From Phoronis australis (lineage: Eukaryota; Animalia; Phoronida): a stretch of 64,000 bases of DNA. Below are positions 1-12,200 of the stretch, in pieces (the first letter of the stretch is position 1; each line of letters begins with the position of its first letter). The notes beneath the pieces are model-generated. The model was not told where the DNA came from, ran no database searches, and worked only from the letters and a program-made list of their open reading frames with translations. The stretch covers positions 206,728-270,727 of the forward strand of contig NMRA01000342.1 in the NCBI GenBank assembly GCA_002633005.1, written 5' to 3'. The position numbers were made by a program, and so were the translations under genes.

Positions 1-596
1 ACATTGACAGCTAAACAGCGACAAAATGCAGCTTTAAACAGTCTTCAGCATACGTGCAAACTGCTGCCGTATTGTGTGTTGCTTTGTATTGCTAATAAGT
101 CATAGCTGTTAAAACGATATCCTTTCTCCGTATTTGTTACTCTTTTTGTATTTGGAACTCCACTTCAAAAACCGTGGTTTACGTGGTGTTTTTGTGGAAA
201 AGTAGTCTACAAAGACCTTAAAATCGGTGGTGACAAGGAGTTGACATAGGTACGTGCTTCCCTTGCTGCATATAGTCACAGTAAAGGGATTGGAATATAT
301 GTATGTTACAAAATAGAAACTTCCTCGACATGGCACTCCCGACTTGAATTATATCTGTACAGAAGAAGTTATTACTAAATGAAACACCATTGTTCAGATT
401 GTCCCAATGTAATAGTCATGTGGTGTCATACAGGCACATACATATTGTATTTTGCTAGACAAAAGTGGAATTTTGCAAAATGACCGTTTTTTGTAGTTAA
501 GGTCTGTCACTAAGTAGGGTTTACATTCTGAGCAGTAGTTTACCATCGAGTAACACTGCCTTGCCTCCATTATTGTGAATTGATAGAGTGCATTAA

Positions 597-936
597 AAGG
601 ATTACCAAACCCGGTTTTGGCTTATTAACAGATACTGAAAATGATTTTTCCATCCAGTTTGAAATAATGCTCCATTACCCAGAACGACTCTCGAAAGTGT
701 GCAGGGAATTTTGAAAACTCATTTCAAAGTCTGCTAAAGGGGCAAGCGTGACGTACATTTTTAACGAATTAAACGGCGATTGTGGGAAAAGACCACCTCT
801 CAAGGACAATAATGTCCAATTTGTGAAAGCAGGCTATGAATTTTTAGTCGATTTCATCTTTTATCTTGGAATATTGATGCATTAGCAGGTGGCAGAATGA
901 TTGGTTGAAAACATCAAAACAGGGTTAAGTGTCCTT
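597..936. mobile_element. Non-autonomous TTAA-flanked MITE (Kolobok-type termini)
   Basis: Left end ttaa|AAGGATTACCAAACCCGGTTTTG; reverse complement of right end ttaa|AAGGACACTTAACCCTGTTTTG. TTAA at 593-596 and 937-940. Confidence 0.6.
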
Positions 937-983
937 TTAACTGTGTCGTCCAACTCTTGACATTCTGATCCTTTTGGTTGTAG

Positions 984-1108
984 GACCTGTGCTGAATCCA
1001 AACAGTGCATCTGAACAGTCCATTGAAGCAGGTCTGCTGCATCCAGCGGCACCTGGAGGGTCAGTTGACAGTGAAGGCTCTTCTGCTGGGCGTCGCTATT
1101 CTCGTCAG
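984..1108 (+). CDS. Penultimate coding exon of an unidentified gene entering from upstream of the window
   Basis: Acceptor ttgtAG (982-983), donor GTtagt (1109). Open frame (G)PVLNPNSASEQSIEAGLLHPAAPGGSVDSEGSSAGRRYSRQ ends in phase 0, matching the next exon. Confidence 0.7.
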
Positions 1109-1282
1109 GTTAGTGGTCCATTTTAAAGCACCTTGTGGACTGTGAACATAGGAGACTGGACAAGTGGTCTTTTTCTCTGGAAAGTGGGCTAATGTAATAT
1201 AACATATTGTCATAGTTGCGCATGCCAACTTCACGTGTTTTTGTCATATCTGATGTGCGTTTCAATGTGAACTAGTTGTAAA

Positions 1283-1326
1283 TAGTAGCCTGAAGATGAG
1301 ATATATGTCTCGAAATATCGCTTTAT
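1283..1326 (+). ncRNA. Minimal type I hammerhead ribozyme-like motif (Penelope-like element remnant) in an intron
   Basis: AGC-CTGAAGA(1290-1296)-T-GAGAT-ATAT-GTCTC-GAAA(1312-1315)-TA-TC-GCT. This gives the catalytic core, a paired stem II, palindromic ATAT in place of stem III, an AUC cleavage triplet and an AGC/GCT stem I. Confidence 0.55.
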
Positions 1327-1527
1327 AAATTATGTTACCTACTGATGTTGTTAGGATTTTTATTGCACTGTTGTGATGTAAAGACAAGATCTCTATTTAG
1401 AGAGTTTGAAAGAACTGAAATTAAACTCATAAAAACAGATCAAAGTCGTGTCTTCAATGAAATATGTATATGAGAAAGATTACTGCCAAATTGTAGTGGT
1501 GGATATATGCAAACGTATGTATTCCAG

Positions 1528-1716
1528 GAGTCGGTGCCCACATTGAAGAAGCGCGGCTTCTCGACGCGTCTTAGAAAGACGCAACCTAAAAAGCCACGTC
1601 CCATGCCAAGACGACGACCACCTCCAACAGATGTCATTGCTGAGGAGGCAGAGGATGATCAGATGTATGAGAACGTGGTGGCAGGGACGACGACAGGGGT
1701 GACAGTGATCAGGTAA
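1528..1716 (+). CDS. Terminal coding exon of the unidentified + strand gene; basic/Pro-rich tail with a YENV motif (probable cytoplasmic signalling tail)
   Basis: Acceptor ttccAG (1526-1527), phase 0. ESVPTLKKRGFSTRLRKTQPKKPRPMPRRRPPPTDVIAEEAEDDQMYENVVAGTTTGVTVIR*. An ag|gtaacc donor just before the stop cannot be excluded. Confidence 0.7.
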   Translation, partial: ESVPTLKKRGFSTRLRKTQPKKPRPMPRRRPPPTDVIAEEAEDDQMYENVVAGTTTGVTVIR

Positions 1717-4592
1717 CCGAGAGATGATTGGTCAGAAAATGTAATGAAGGCGGAGCAGAAACACCGACCAGTTTAAAGTGGAACTTGCTGGCTATATTCC
1801 TTATCTCTGTGATTGCTTGGCCAAATTAGTTAGAAACACAACATATAGCAATGATGTGATTATTAAGTAGGTTGAAAATTGCTAACTGTTTTTAAGAACA
1901 AATTTCGTGGCGAAAGTGATCTGCTGCATGTAGTTATCGTAACGTGGTGCTGGGGTATAATACATTACATGAGCTATGTCAGTAGTGCTAAGGTCTCCTA
2001 TTTTCAGATTTTTTTGTTTTCATATTTCCAAGTTGTAAGTGAATACACTTGCACTTTGTTTAGCATAGATTATGTTGAAACAGCATTGTCGTTTAGTTTG
2101 TGCTATACATATTGTAAGCATAATTAGGAGCATGCAAATGCATTATTTAACACAATGTACATATATTATAACGAAATGTACATGTATGTGAACTTAGGTG
2201 CATGCGACTGACGTATGCAAAAGGTTTGGGCAAAAATTTGTCTTTTGAATTTCGCATGTTATTCTGATATAGGGCGTAGGCCTACATCCGTACATGTATA
2301 CATTGTAGTGAATGAAAAAACTGGTTTAGATAGCCTTGCATCGTGCGACGAACCCCAAATCTCTCTAATGCATAGTAGGCCTAACGGAAATTGATTGATA
2401 AAAATCAAAATGGTCACCGCTTAGTTATTCAACTTGAGCCGAAATGTTGAACTTGATGAGAAAGTGGTTTGTAAACAGCAAGAATTTAAAGACATAGTTT
2501 CACACCAAAACAACTGCTTTTCAAAACAAATAATAGCACTGTGTGAATCTGTTGCACAGGGCAGTTCTTGTCCGCACAGCTTGGTTAATGAGAAAAGCCC
2601 AGCAATAATGACTTTTTCCGACTTCAGCCGAGACAATTCTGAGAACAGGCATTTGTGGTTACATAACCGTGTGTGATGTCAGATCAGGAAGACAGCTGTG
2701 TATTACAATGGCTACAAGCAGTCAACCCTCCAAAATTTTGCTTCCTTCATTTGATAATTCCTTTCAACTCCATTTGTTGGCATAATTACATTGTTTTTCA
2801 CCCAAGGAGATGTGAAGACCAGTGTATCACAGATAATCAAGCCTAATACAAAATATTGCAGCTTTCATTTTTTTCCATTTTCAGCAGTGAGTAAAAAGGG
2901 AGACATCTTTTAATTTAACCACATATATACTTGAAATTTGAGTGGAGGTGGCAAACTCTATGACAGAATTACAAGAATACTTGAAATGGAAGTCTTCTGA
3001 ACTTGGTTTTTTAAATTCTTGTGTTAATCTATTGGAATAATAATAAACCCAAGGCATCAAGAAATATTACCTGAAGGTGCCAGTGAAAATATTATTTCAG
3101 CCATTCACAGTAAAGTTTATATGTGAGTTAAAATTATCTAATCTTTTACCAAAATAAGTAACTTAGAATGCACAGTACTTTAACATTTAAGCATTACAAA
3201 CGTTATCCAACTATAAGATAAATTTACATGATATGAAAGTGAATATGCCTAACTATTACCAGGTGTTTCCTTACATTAGAATTCGACAAGCATGATTTGA
3301 AAAAATAAGAAGTTACATGGAAAAAGGATTGGAGGCTGGAAGCTTCACAATCCAACATGGCCTATTACTCTAATTAAGAGCCTTTACATTTTGGGCCTTG
3401 ATAACTTGAATCAAGAAAGCAAAAAGTTACAACGCATGTATTGAAAGAACAATTCATACGTAAAATTTAGATAAATAAAACAACAAGAATCAATCAACTG
3501 AAATTTTCAGATGTAATAACGTCCTTTGTCAACAGAAACAGAAATAAAGTAAAATCAAACACCATATATGACAATTGACATTTTCGCCTATTTATATTCT
3601 ACATTTCGTGAAACAATAATATCCTTAGGAGGATCTGGATCGCCTTATTTATTTTCAGATTTATTTTCGACGTTAAAATTTAGAAAAATATGAATTATGT
3701 TGTGACACATCAAACCTTGAATTGACTTTCAAAGAAAAAACGATTTCAAAACTTTTCAACTGTTTTTAAGCTGAGTGTATGGCCAACTGAATGGGATATT
3801 CACACTGCAATAATTAGAATATTCCTTATATGTTTTGCACAAAAAAATACCATTATGCAAAGTTGCTTTTTTGTAGCAGCTTTCATCAAAATGTATCAAA
3901 GCTAAAATTTCACCAAGTACAAATGAGCCGATTGAACATGCCCTTCAGTTCAGCACAAGTCGCCATGTTGTCGGTGCCGCGGGAAATGAGACTAAGTCCA
4001 ACGGGAATTGTGAGCAATTTTATCACTCAATAAGTAACATCTGCTTGGCTGAAATCCAATGAAAACTATTGAGTCACTCAGAATAGTAGGTATAGATCTT
4101 TCCCACTAAATTTCATCGTAAAGTATTGGTGAAAATAAATTACAGTTTTAAACTTGTATCTTATGCCGCTGTTGTCCAAGATGGCCAACCAGATCCAAAC
4201 AAATGACCCAAATTTCGCAATCAAAATTGCAATAAATGTGCATTGCTTAACCCGATTTTGATAATTTTTCAATTTTTATTGAGTAGGATGCATTATCTTT
4301 CCGATTATATTGAAGTATTTTTGCAAATCGAAAAAAAATCGGTTGGACAGCCCTACTCTTACTGTTCATTTAGTCCAGCTAGCGATCAACTTGGCTAAAA
4401 TTCAATGTATTGCAACGACAGGTAACGAGCATCAAGCAATTCAACACATCCACCTACAAACAGTTACCGGTATGTTGCAAAAAGTGTAATTCAAAAGAAA
4501 AGCAATCTACTGGTTACTTCTAGCTCTAATCCTGTCCGACAGTGTCCGTCGATGCTATCAACCATTTTGAATGTTAGGTTGTTAATACTTAC

Positions 4593-4870
4593 TCAAGGCT
4601 CACTAGCTTCTAGAAAGTGACGGCATGTACCGTTTCGAATACTCTCTAAAAGTTCACTCATCCCGGTTTACAACCATACTTGGATCACAGGCTGTCGTTC
4701 TAGAAGCAGTCCATAGAAATATTTCGCTACATACTACCGAATACGGCGACGCTCCACTCGTGGACTTCGCAAAGTATTCTCACTTGCGACGCAGTCTTGG
4801 ATCAATGGGGAACTTGTGCAAAGATACCCCAGCCCTTGGCGTATTGCCACAGCCTCTAACTTCAAATATT
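4593..4870 (-). pseudogene. Decayed THAP-domain coding sequence (probable DNA-transposon relic)
   Basis: From 4860 the minus strand reads VRGCGNTPRAGVSLHKFPIDPRLRRK*EYFAKSTSGASPYSVVCSE, then frameshifts into MDCF. The conserved THAP Trp is mutated to TGA (4780-4782) and further stops follow. Confidence 0.75.
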
Positions 4871-7800
4871 TACTCCAGTTTAAATCTAAAAATCCGTCTA
4901 CATTTGAAAAAGTACTCCTCTTGGCACACAGCAATGGACACTGTGGACAGCAATGATCAGGTCATGTCCCTACTAACTGTAAACTGTTTATGGCAACACA
5001 CAAGACCATGTGCATATGTGTCACATTTCAGAAAATTAATGGGCAAAAGTTGCAAAATAAATGATTCTAACAAACACAAAGATTCCATTTGTGCCAGATA
5101 GTCCCAGCCAAGAGTACAAACCTATGGACAGACTCGGCACTGATTTGGTCAGGAATTCCTGATGTGTTCCTGATGTGACGTGATTCCGAAGATAGCCGAA
5201 GTTCAAAATTTTCTGTTCTCAAAATTTTGTGGGGAAGTGGGAGCGGGTTTTAAAGGAATGATAGAAGAATATGGGGCATGAAATAAAAATAAATGTGGTT
5301 TATAAGCAAACTTTATTAACAGTCAACACATGTGTATACATATTAACTAAAACTAAATAGCTGTGAAAAAATCTCTTTAATGCAAAAACCACGGGAAGGT
5401 GTGGATATTGTAAAAGCTGTTGAATTTGTTTTGGTAACGAATGTTGCTTTAATTTTACAGATTTTCAAACAACAATGGTCTTGGATCAGAGACTGTCAAC
5501 GTTGAGGTGCCCAACTAAGCCACCTGCTGCTAGTTTTGAATGTCATGGAAACGGTTGCTTGTTGTGGTTATGAAAGATGTTTACAAAGTTCTCATTAGAT
5601 CAAGGAATTAACATCCAATTTGGCAATATAGAGGTGTCAAATGGTGAACAAGGCTTAAGTTGAAGTATAGACAGACCTGTTTGTGGCCCTTTAGGATGTT
5701 CAGAATTCATATCATGCTTAGCGTAGTCCATACGAGTTGTTTACTCTGTCTCTTAGCACACAACATGGCAGACAAGTGGATTTTGTCTTTTTTGTCTCTA
5801 CAAAATGAATAGTTTAACATTCATTTTTGTTGAGATTTTTAGATTTAATTAGAAAAATCTGTTTTTCTCTTCACATGATTCATTCTGTACGTTTTCATCA
5901 GTGTGCTGTCAAACAACCTTGAAGTTTCTATTATTTTGATTGTTCATAGTAAGGATGTCAAACTTTTGGAAAATGTATAAACAACTTTGCAATTAATTTT
6001 CCACATGATAACTGAATAATTTGGGCATTTCAGTAGTTGCTAAACCATTTGCTAATTTTAGAGACTGACTTAGTTTTGTATTGAAAAACTATGTTAATAA
6101 ATATTGTTCAAATTATACTGTGCTTTAATGTTTTGTTCAGTTAATACTTGTGGACTGTAGTAAAAAATGGCGTTAGTCGGTCCCAACTTAACAGCAAGAT
6201 TTCTTCTGAGTGAGGGGAAAATCGACTTATGTGCAGAGCCGAAGCCTCAACTAGAACGACCGTACCACGGAACTTTGTTCGAGTCCAGCGAAAATAGTTA
6301 TCTGACTTACACGAGCTTTACTGCATATTGCTTTGCAATTGTCATGTTCATTGATTGATTATCATGTTTTTGTGGCTTTATGGCAAATAAGTTCCACCTG
6401 CATTTCACGCTGCTTCGCTGACTGAGAAATGAAAATCAAATTTAATTAGTCCTTTCACTCTCTTGAAGTCAATTTCATATTCCTTGCCATGCTAGGATGA
6501 TTTTGTTATTATTAGCAACAACATCAAAACCATCGGCGACTCAATAAAACACTTTTTAATAGACTTTGTTGAGGTTGACAAATCCTAAAATTGTGGATTA
6601 ATTTTGTAAATGCGGAGGCTTGAATTGCAGATTATTCAACAATTCAGTATCAGGTGAGCATTGTAATGTTTTTAAATCTCCACGCACATCGGTTAAGAAT
6701 TCAACAAAAGTTAAATAGCTTTTGTATTGTTGTCTTGCTTATAATGATCTGCCTTAGAGACATATTGCACAAAGTTAGTGCTCCATGCTTTGTCTGCAAC
6801 ACACTTTTGGGTAATCGTTTCGTTGTCTGCTTTGTAATGGCCTGCAGAATACAGAAATACAATTTACACCCCAGTTTTTCTTATTGCTTGTTTAACATTA
6901 ACTTTTAAGCCAGGATGTTAGACCTCAAAAAATATGACTGAAAACAAACTTTGCATGCCATGAAATTATTGATTTGTAACCTAGAAGAGGTCATAAGTTA
7001 ATAGACAAGTACTAGGAGCATAGACATGAACAAAATTGTGAAGAATGAAATTGGTTTTGAAATCGTCAGCAAACTGTTCTGAAATTGGGTTGCTTCATAT
7101 TTGTTGTTGGTGATGTCTGGCTCATTTGATATGGCAAGAAAAATTTGGAATTCGGTTTGTGGAAGAATGTCTGCCTACTTCATGTCCAGGCATCTGGCTA
7201 GAAGGGCTCAGTTCAAGGACAACCAACACTAGTCACCTTAGGGCGTGGCATATTCAGAGTGCAGCGACGTGAAAATGAATGTATCTTGTGTTCTGAATTT
7301 TGCCATTCAATAAAATTATACCGTTTTTGGATTTCAGTTGTAAGTGCCCTTTTTATGTGTTTTCTAGGATTGTGTTAACTTTCTACCTGAAAAAGATTTC
7401 CCCTTTTAAATCATTTTGGCAATCTTCATGCGATCCTGTATGATACCGAGGTGAGGTCAGCTGCCTGATGACCTGCCTTCAAGTTTATCATCAAATCGCT
7501 GCTCTTTTACCTGTATGAAGGCTATATTTCAAAAATGTCAGTTGTGACTGGGTCTGGTTCCATCATGGTCATCGTATGCAATTGTCAGAATTCTAGCATT
7601 TCGCACAAGAGGTGTGCCTTCAAGAATTTATTGAAAGAACTGGTCACGTGACTGCTGATAGATTGGCTTTGTAAATAACTGACTTGTCAGCGGATTCAAA
7701 TACCCATTGGCCATCATATGCAGTCCATCTGTTATGAGTGTAGTATAAGGCAAAGTTCTGGTTCTTCGAGTTTAGATTGCCTTCCGCTATTTCCCCTGCA

Positions 7801-7902
7801 GAAATTCATACATTCGAATCACATCTAATACAATGCTTTCATACATTGTGGCACTCACAACCTGTAAGAAAATGAAAAGGTCTACTCTGGCCATTAGGTT
7901 TG

Positions 7903-8128
7903 TCTGCAATTCATACACGTTGACTTTTGTTACTCTGCAATTCATACATGTTGACTTTTGTAACTCTGCAATTGATACACGTTGACTTTTGTTACTCTGC
8001 AATTCATACACATTGACTTTTGTTACTCTGCAATTCATACACGTTGACTTTTGTTACTCTGCAATTCATACACGTTGACTTTTGTTACTCTGCAATTCAT
8101 ACACGTTGACTTTTGTTACTCTGCAATT
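7903..8128. repeat. 31-bp minisatellite, about 7 copies
   Basis: Unit TCTGCAATTCATACACGTTGACTTTTGTTAC repeated head-to-tail with few substitutions. Confidence 0.95.
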
Positions 8129-8518
8129 GTTCGCAAAAAACCCATAGCAAAGAACATCACTAACCATGGGTGCCGGCAGTGGTACATGGGAAACGCACAT
8201 CCTACCTCTTTCACTTTTGGACTCCCCAGTCACCACCAATTGTTTCAAACTCTCTCGCATAGACAATTTTTCTCATAGAATTAAGTGGCACAAAAAGTCA
8301 TTTTTTTGCAAATACATCTACAAATGTACAGCAGACATGTCGGGAAATTGATGACAATAAGGAAATCCAAATCACCGGATCAACTTGACATCGGGTTTGC
8401 AGAATGAAACCTTAAAAGGAAGCGAATATACATGTAACAAGGCAAGCACGTTGCAATGCTATTTGGGCATCTTCAGTTGCTGATAAATCCCACAAACAAC
8501 ACTCAAGTATTGACAAAT

Positions 8519-9263
8519 CTAAGCAGCTGGCTTATCAGAGTCTCTACTTGGCTTGACAAACAACAGCAAACGATTGCTGGAGTTAGCTTCCAGTGTTCTT
8601 ATCCTGTTCTTTGCATCAGCCAACTGTTTCATCAGGTACTCATTTTTCAACAGCAAAGTTTGTTTGTCCTTTTTCAAACCAGTCATTTCCTCAGTCAGTT
8701 GCCGTACTTTCGTCTCCAGCGAATGTAAATTTTTGAAGTACAGGCCACTCACACTACTGTGAAAAGTCACACGGGGTGCTTTCTTTTGTATTTTGGCTTT
8801 GGGCGCAGCAGCGTAGTTATGAAACCTGGCTACTGAAAGAGATGGGGAACACTCCTTCATTTGATGGGATAAGTCCGCTGTGTTGGAGGTAACACCACAA
8901 GTGTCACTGATAGGAATACCACTGCAGTGGATAGCTAGGGCCTCTTGTAGCTTCCCAGGACAAACAACAGCTGTTATGTATGACATTATCTCTCGAGCCT
9001 TGCACTCGGGCATATGTAGGACATACTGGCAGAGATTTTCGACAGAACAATCAGGTGAGAGTTCATTCAGAGAATACTTGTCAATCACAACTCGTGTCAG
9101 TTTGGGGTGAAGGTACTGCACCATGTGGGCCAAGAGTGGACACACGACGTCATCAGATGACTCTTGGGCTTGTTCACTCAGCTGTCCAACTTTCAGCGCC
9201 CACTCTGGGTACTCGTGCAAGTACAGCACAGGCTTGCGACTTTGCTCCAAAGGTCTTCCATAC
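8519..9263 (-). CDS. THAP gene coding exon 3 (end of THAP domain, linker, coiled coil, stop)
   Basis: Acceptor ttcgcAG at 9265-9264; continues into the 243-aa ORF 8519..9250. Confidence 0.88.
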
Positions 9264-12200
9264 CTGCGAATAATATGAAAAGGTCGAATGAAAATTGATT
9301 TCAGTCAGTCACATGTCACAAAGTAATGTTCTTTTCTGTCTACCCTCTCATTTCACAGAATTCAAAACAACATTCAAGTTCACAAAGCAGAGACAGTTCC
9401 TTTTAAGATTTCTGCTTGGTGAGAATGAGATGAAATTTCTCCAAGAATGTTGCTTTGCTGTAAAATTTGTCTGCTTTTTGTTTTTTTTTTGTTTCTTGTT
9501 CGCACGCTACAGATCGCAATTGTTATCGGATCAATGCAAACAAATAACGTATGGCTTATGAATGGCTCAAAGCCTATTTTTTATTGAAATTGGATACATG
9601 ATAGTGCGGTGGCAGCCATTTTTACATTTTTTTCATTTCTGGAGCCAAAGCTGTTGTTTGTGGTCGAATTTTTCTTTTTTCTGTCAAAAGATCATTCCAA
9701 GGCTATCGCGTCTCATTTGCTTTTTTCTAATTCTAACCGTTCCCGAGTTATTCAAGATTTTCTAAGGACTGTTCTCCAAATAACTGAGTTTTTGTGCTGT
9801 ACCTTTCGTGTCCCTAAATGGATCTGTCTGAAATTTGCTATGTGGATAGATCATTTGAAGCGCTATCAGCATTGTTAAACCAGTTTCTTTCTACGATATT
9901 CAAAATTTACTACTCACATGACTGTTCTTTTGTTGACTAGTTATTTATAGCTGCACTCTATTTGCCTATCATATTTGTGCTAGAGATCATATTTTTGGTA
10001 CAACATAAAATTTATGTAAACTTTGTCAATATCCCAAGTACTTTATTGTTATTGAGCGAAATTGGACACATGATGGTGATGTGGCATCCATTTCTCAAAT
10101 TACGTTTGTGCAACTCTAGCTCCGCCATTCTTTGAACGAACCTTACCTCACCCTTAAATTTTTATTCAATTTCACCAAGTGCCGCTCTTCAGAGTGATTT
10201 TATTTGTTTTCCTGACATGGCAACAATTGCTTAATGAATCACTTACACGTAAACAAACAATTATGAAAACAGTGAAGTGTTTAATTATAGCTGCACTTTG
10301 CTTCACTTACAGGTTAAATAGGAAATGAAGCAAAAATGCTAATTAGCCTACAAACTATACTTTTCAAAAGTAACAAATAATGTCTATGCAATTGAGAACT
10401 AATTCTAGAATGCCTGAAAAAATGGCACTTTGTCATATAGTACTTCTAGAGTGACTCAGAAAATTTTAATGGGAAGATCAAATTTCTAATTAAATTCAAA
10501 ACGAGAAATTCAATGCTTTTACCCTATACATCGGAACTAATGGGGGTTATGTCTAATGGCTCCTAGAGGTATACAACAAAATTTCATGCATTGCAGACAA
10601 AAATAATTTCCAAAATTTATCTTTCAGTTTTCAAAGACTTCTAACATCTTGTGAATGCACACAAACTCTTAAAGTTTGTTTGACAAGGCGACAGAACTTT
10701 TAACGCATTTATTTGGAGGAGATACATATTAATTACATTGTGTAAAAACGTGATAACAGGGATAAACAAGTTGAACTTCCTAATGTGTACTATAATGTAT
10801 ATCACCAGAATTTGCAACACCTAAGTCTTTACATCAAAAAACATGTATTCAATCAAATACTGAAAATGTGAAGCGTATTAAGGCCCAAGTGCAATATCTA
10901 CCATTTTATTTTAAAATTCACAATATATAAATTTTAAAGCCACTATAATCATGTTCTTCTGTTTCCAAATCAACACCATAACGTTTTTATCCTTTGTTTG
11001 AAATCAACTTGGTAACCATGGTAACTGTAAACAACAAAACACTTGGAACTCTGCTGGTGGTTGTACTGCCTCACAACAGGTAACTTAAAAAGTGCCTGTT
11101 GGTTATTCTCAAGCTTAGAAATCATTGTTCAGGTGAATAAGGAACAAGAGGATACCGATCTGGTAACTGGAAGATGACAGAAGGCACGGGTCTATTGACT
11201 CCTTAAAAATGGTGCCCTAGTTCTACTCATCAAGTGTTTCACACAAGGCACAGGCATCTAATTCCAAATATAGGTGTATAACTTCACATGCAAACACATG
11301 GNTTGAGAACTAATTCTAGAATGCCTGAAAAAATGGCACTTTGTCATATAGTACTTCTAGAGTGACTCAGAAAATTTTAATGGGAAGATCAAATTTTTAA
11401 TTAAATTCAAAACGAGAAATTCAATGCTTTTACCCTATACATCGGAACTAATGGGGGTTATGTCTAATGGCTCCTAGAGGTATATAACAAAATTTCATGC
11501 ACTGCAGACAAAAATAATTGCCAAAATTTATCTTTCAGTTTTCAAAGACTTCTAACATCTTGTGAATGCACACAAACTCTTAAAGTTTGTTTGACAAGGC
11601 GACAGAACTTTTAACGCATTTATTTGGAGGAGATACATATTAATTATATTGTGTAAAAACGTGTAAAATATTTCACTTGTTTCGCACATTGTGTCCCAAA
11701 TTGGCAAGAATTTACCATAACTACTACAAAGTAATTATTTAGGCTTATAGCCAAATAGCTCTATTAAAATTTGTACCTGACATTAAACTTGCAAAGACCA
11801 CAACTTGAATGTAATAAGGCAAAGAAGTTGAACAGAATAAAAAAGTTGACACTTTTTGCGTGACAATTAAATCAAACAAACTGAATTAAATGTGGAATCC
11901 TGGTGACAACAAGGGTGATAACAGGGATGAACAAGTTGAACTTCCTAATGTGTACTATAATGTATATCACCAGAATTTGCAACACCTAAATCTTTACATC
12001 AAAAAACATGTATTCAATCAAATACTGAAAATGTGAAGCGTATTAAGGCCCAAGTGCAATATCTACCATTTTATTTTAAAATTCACAATATATAAATTTT
12101 AAAGCCACTATAAACATGTTCTTCTGTTTCCAAATCAACACCATAACGTTTTTATCCTTTGTTTGAAATCAACTTGGTAACCATGGTAACTGTAAACAAC

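Noticed and set aside
4625-5101. 158-aa plus-strand ORF
   Set aside because: No recognisable motif; it is the antisense shadow of the decayed THAP sequence.
7787-8278. ORFs and CRISPR-like appearance around the 31-bp repeats
   Set aside because: Units are contiguous with no unique spacers, the context is eukaryotic and there are no cas genes; the ORFs are repeat artefacts.
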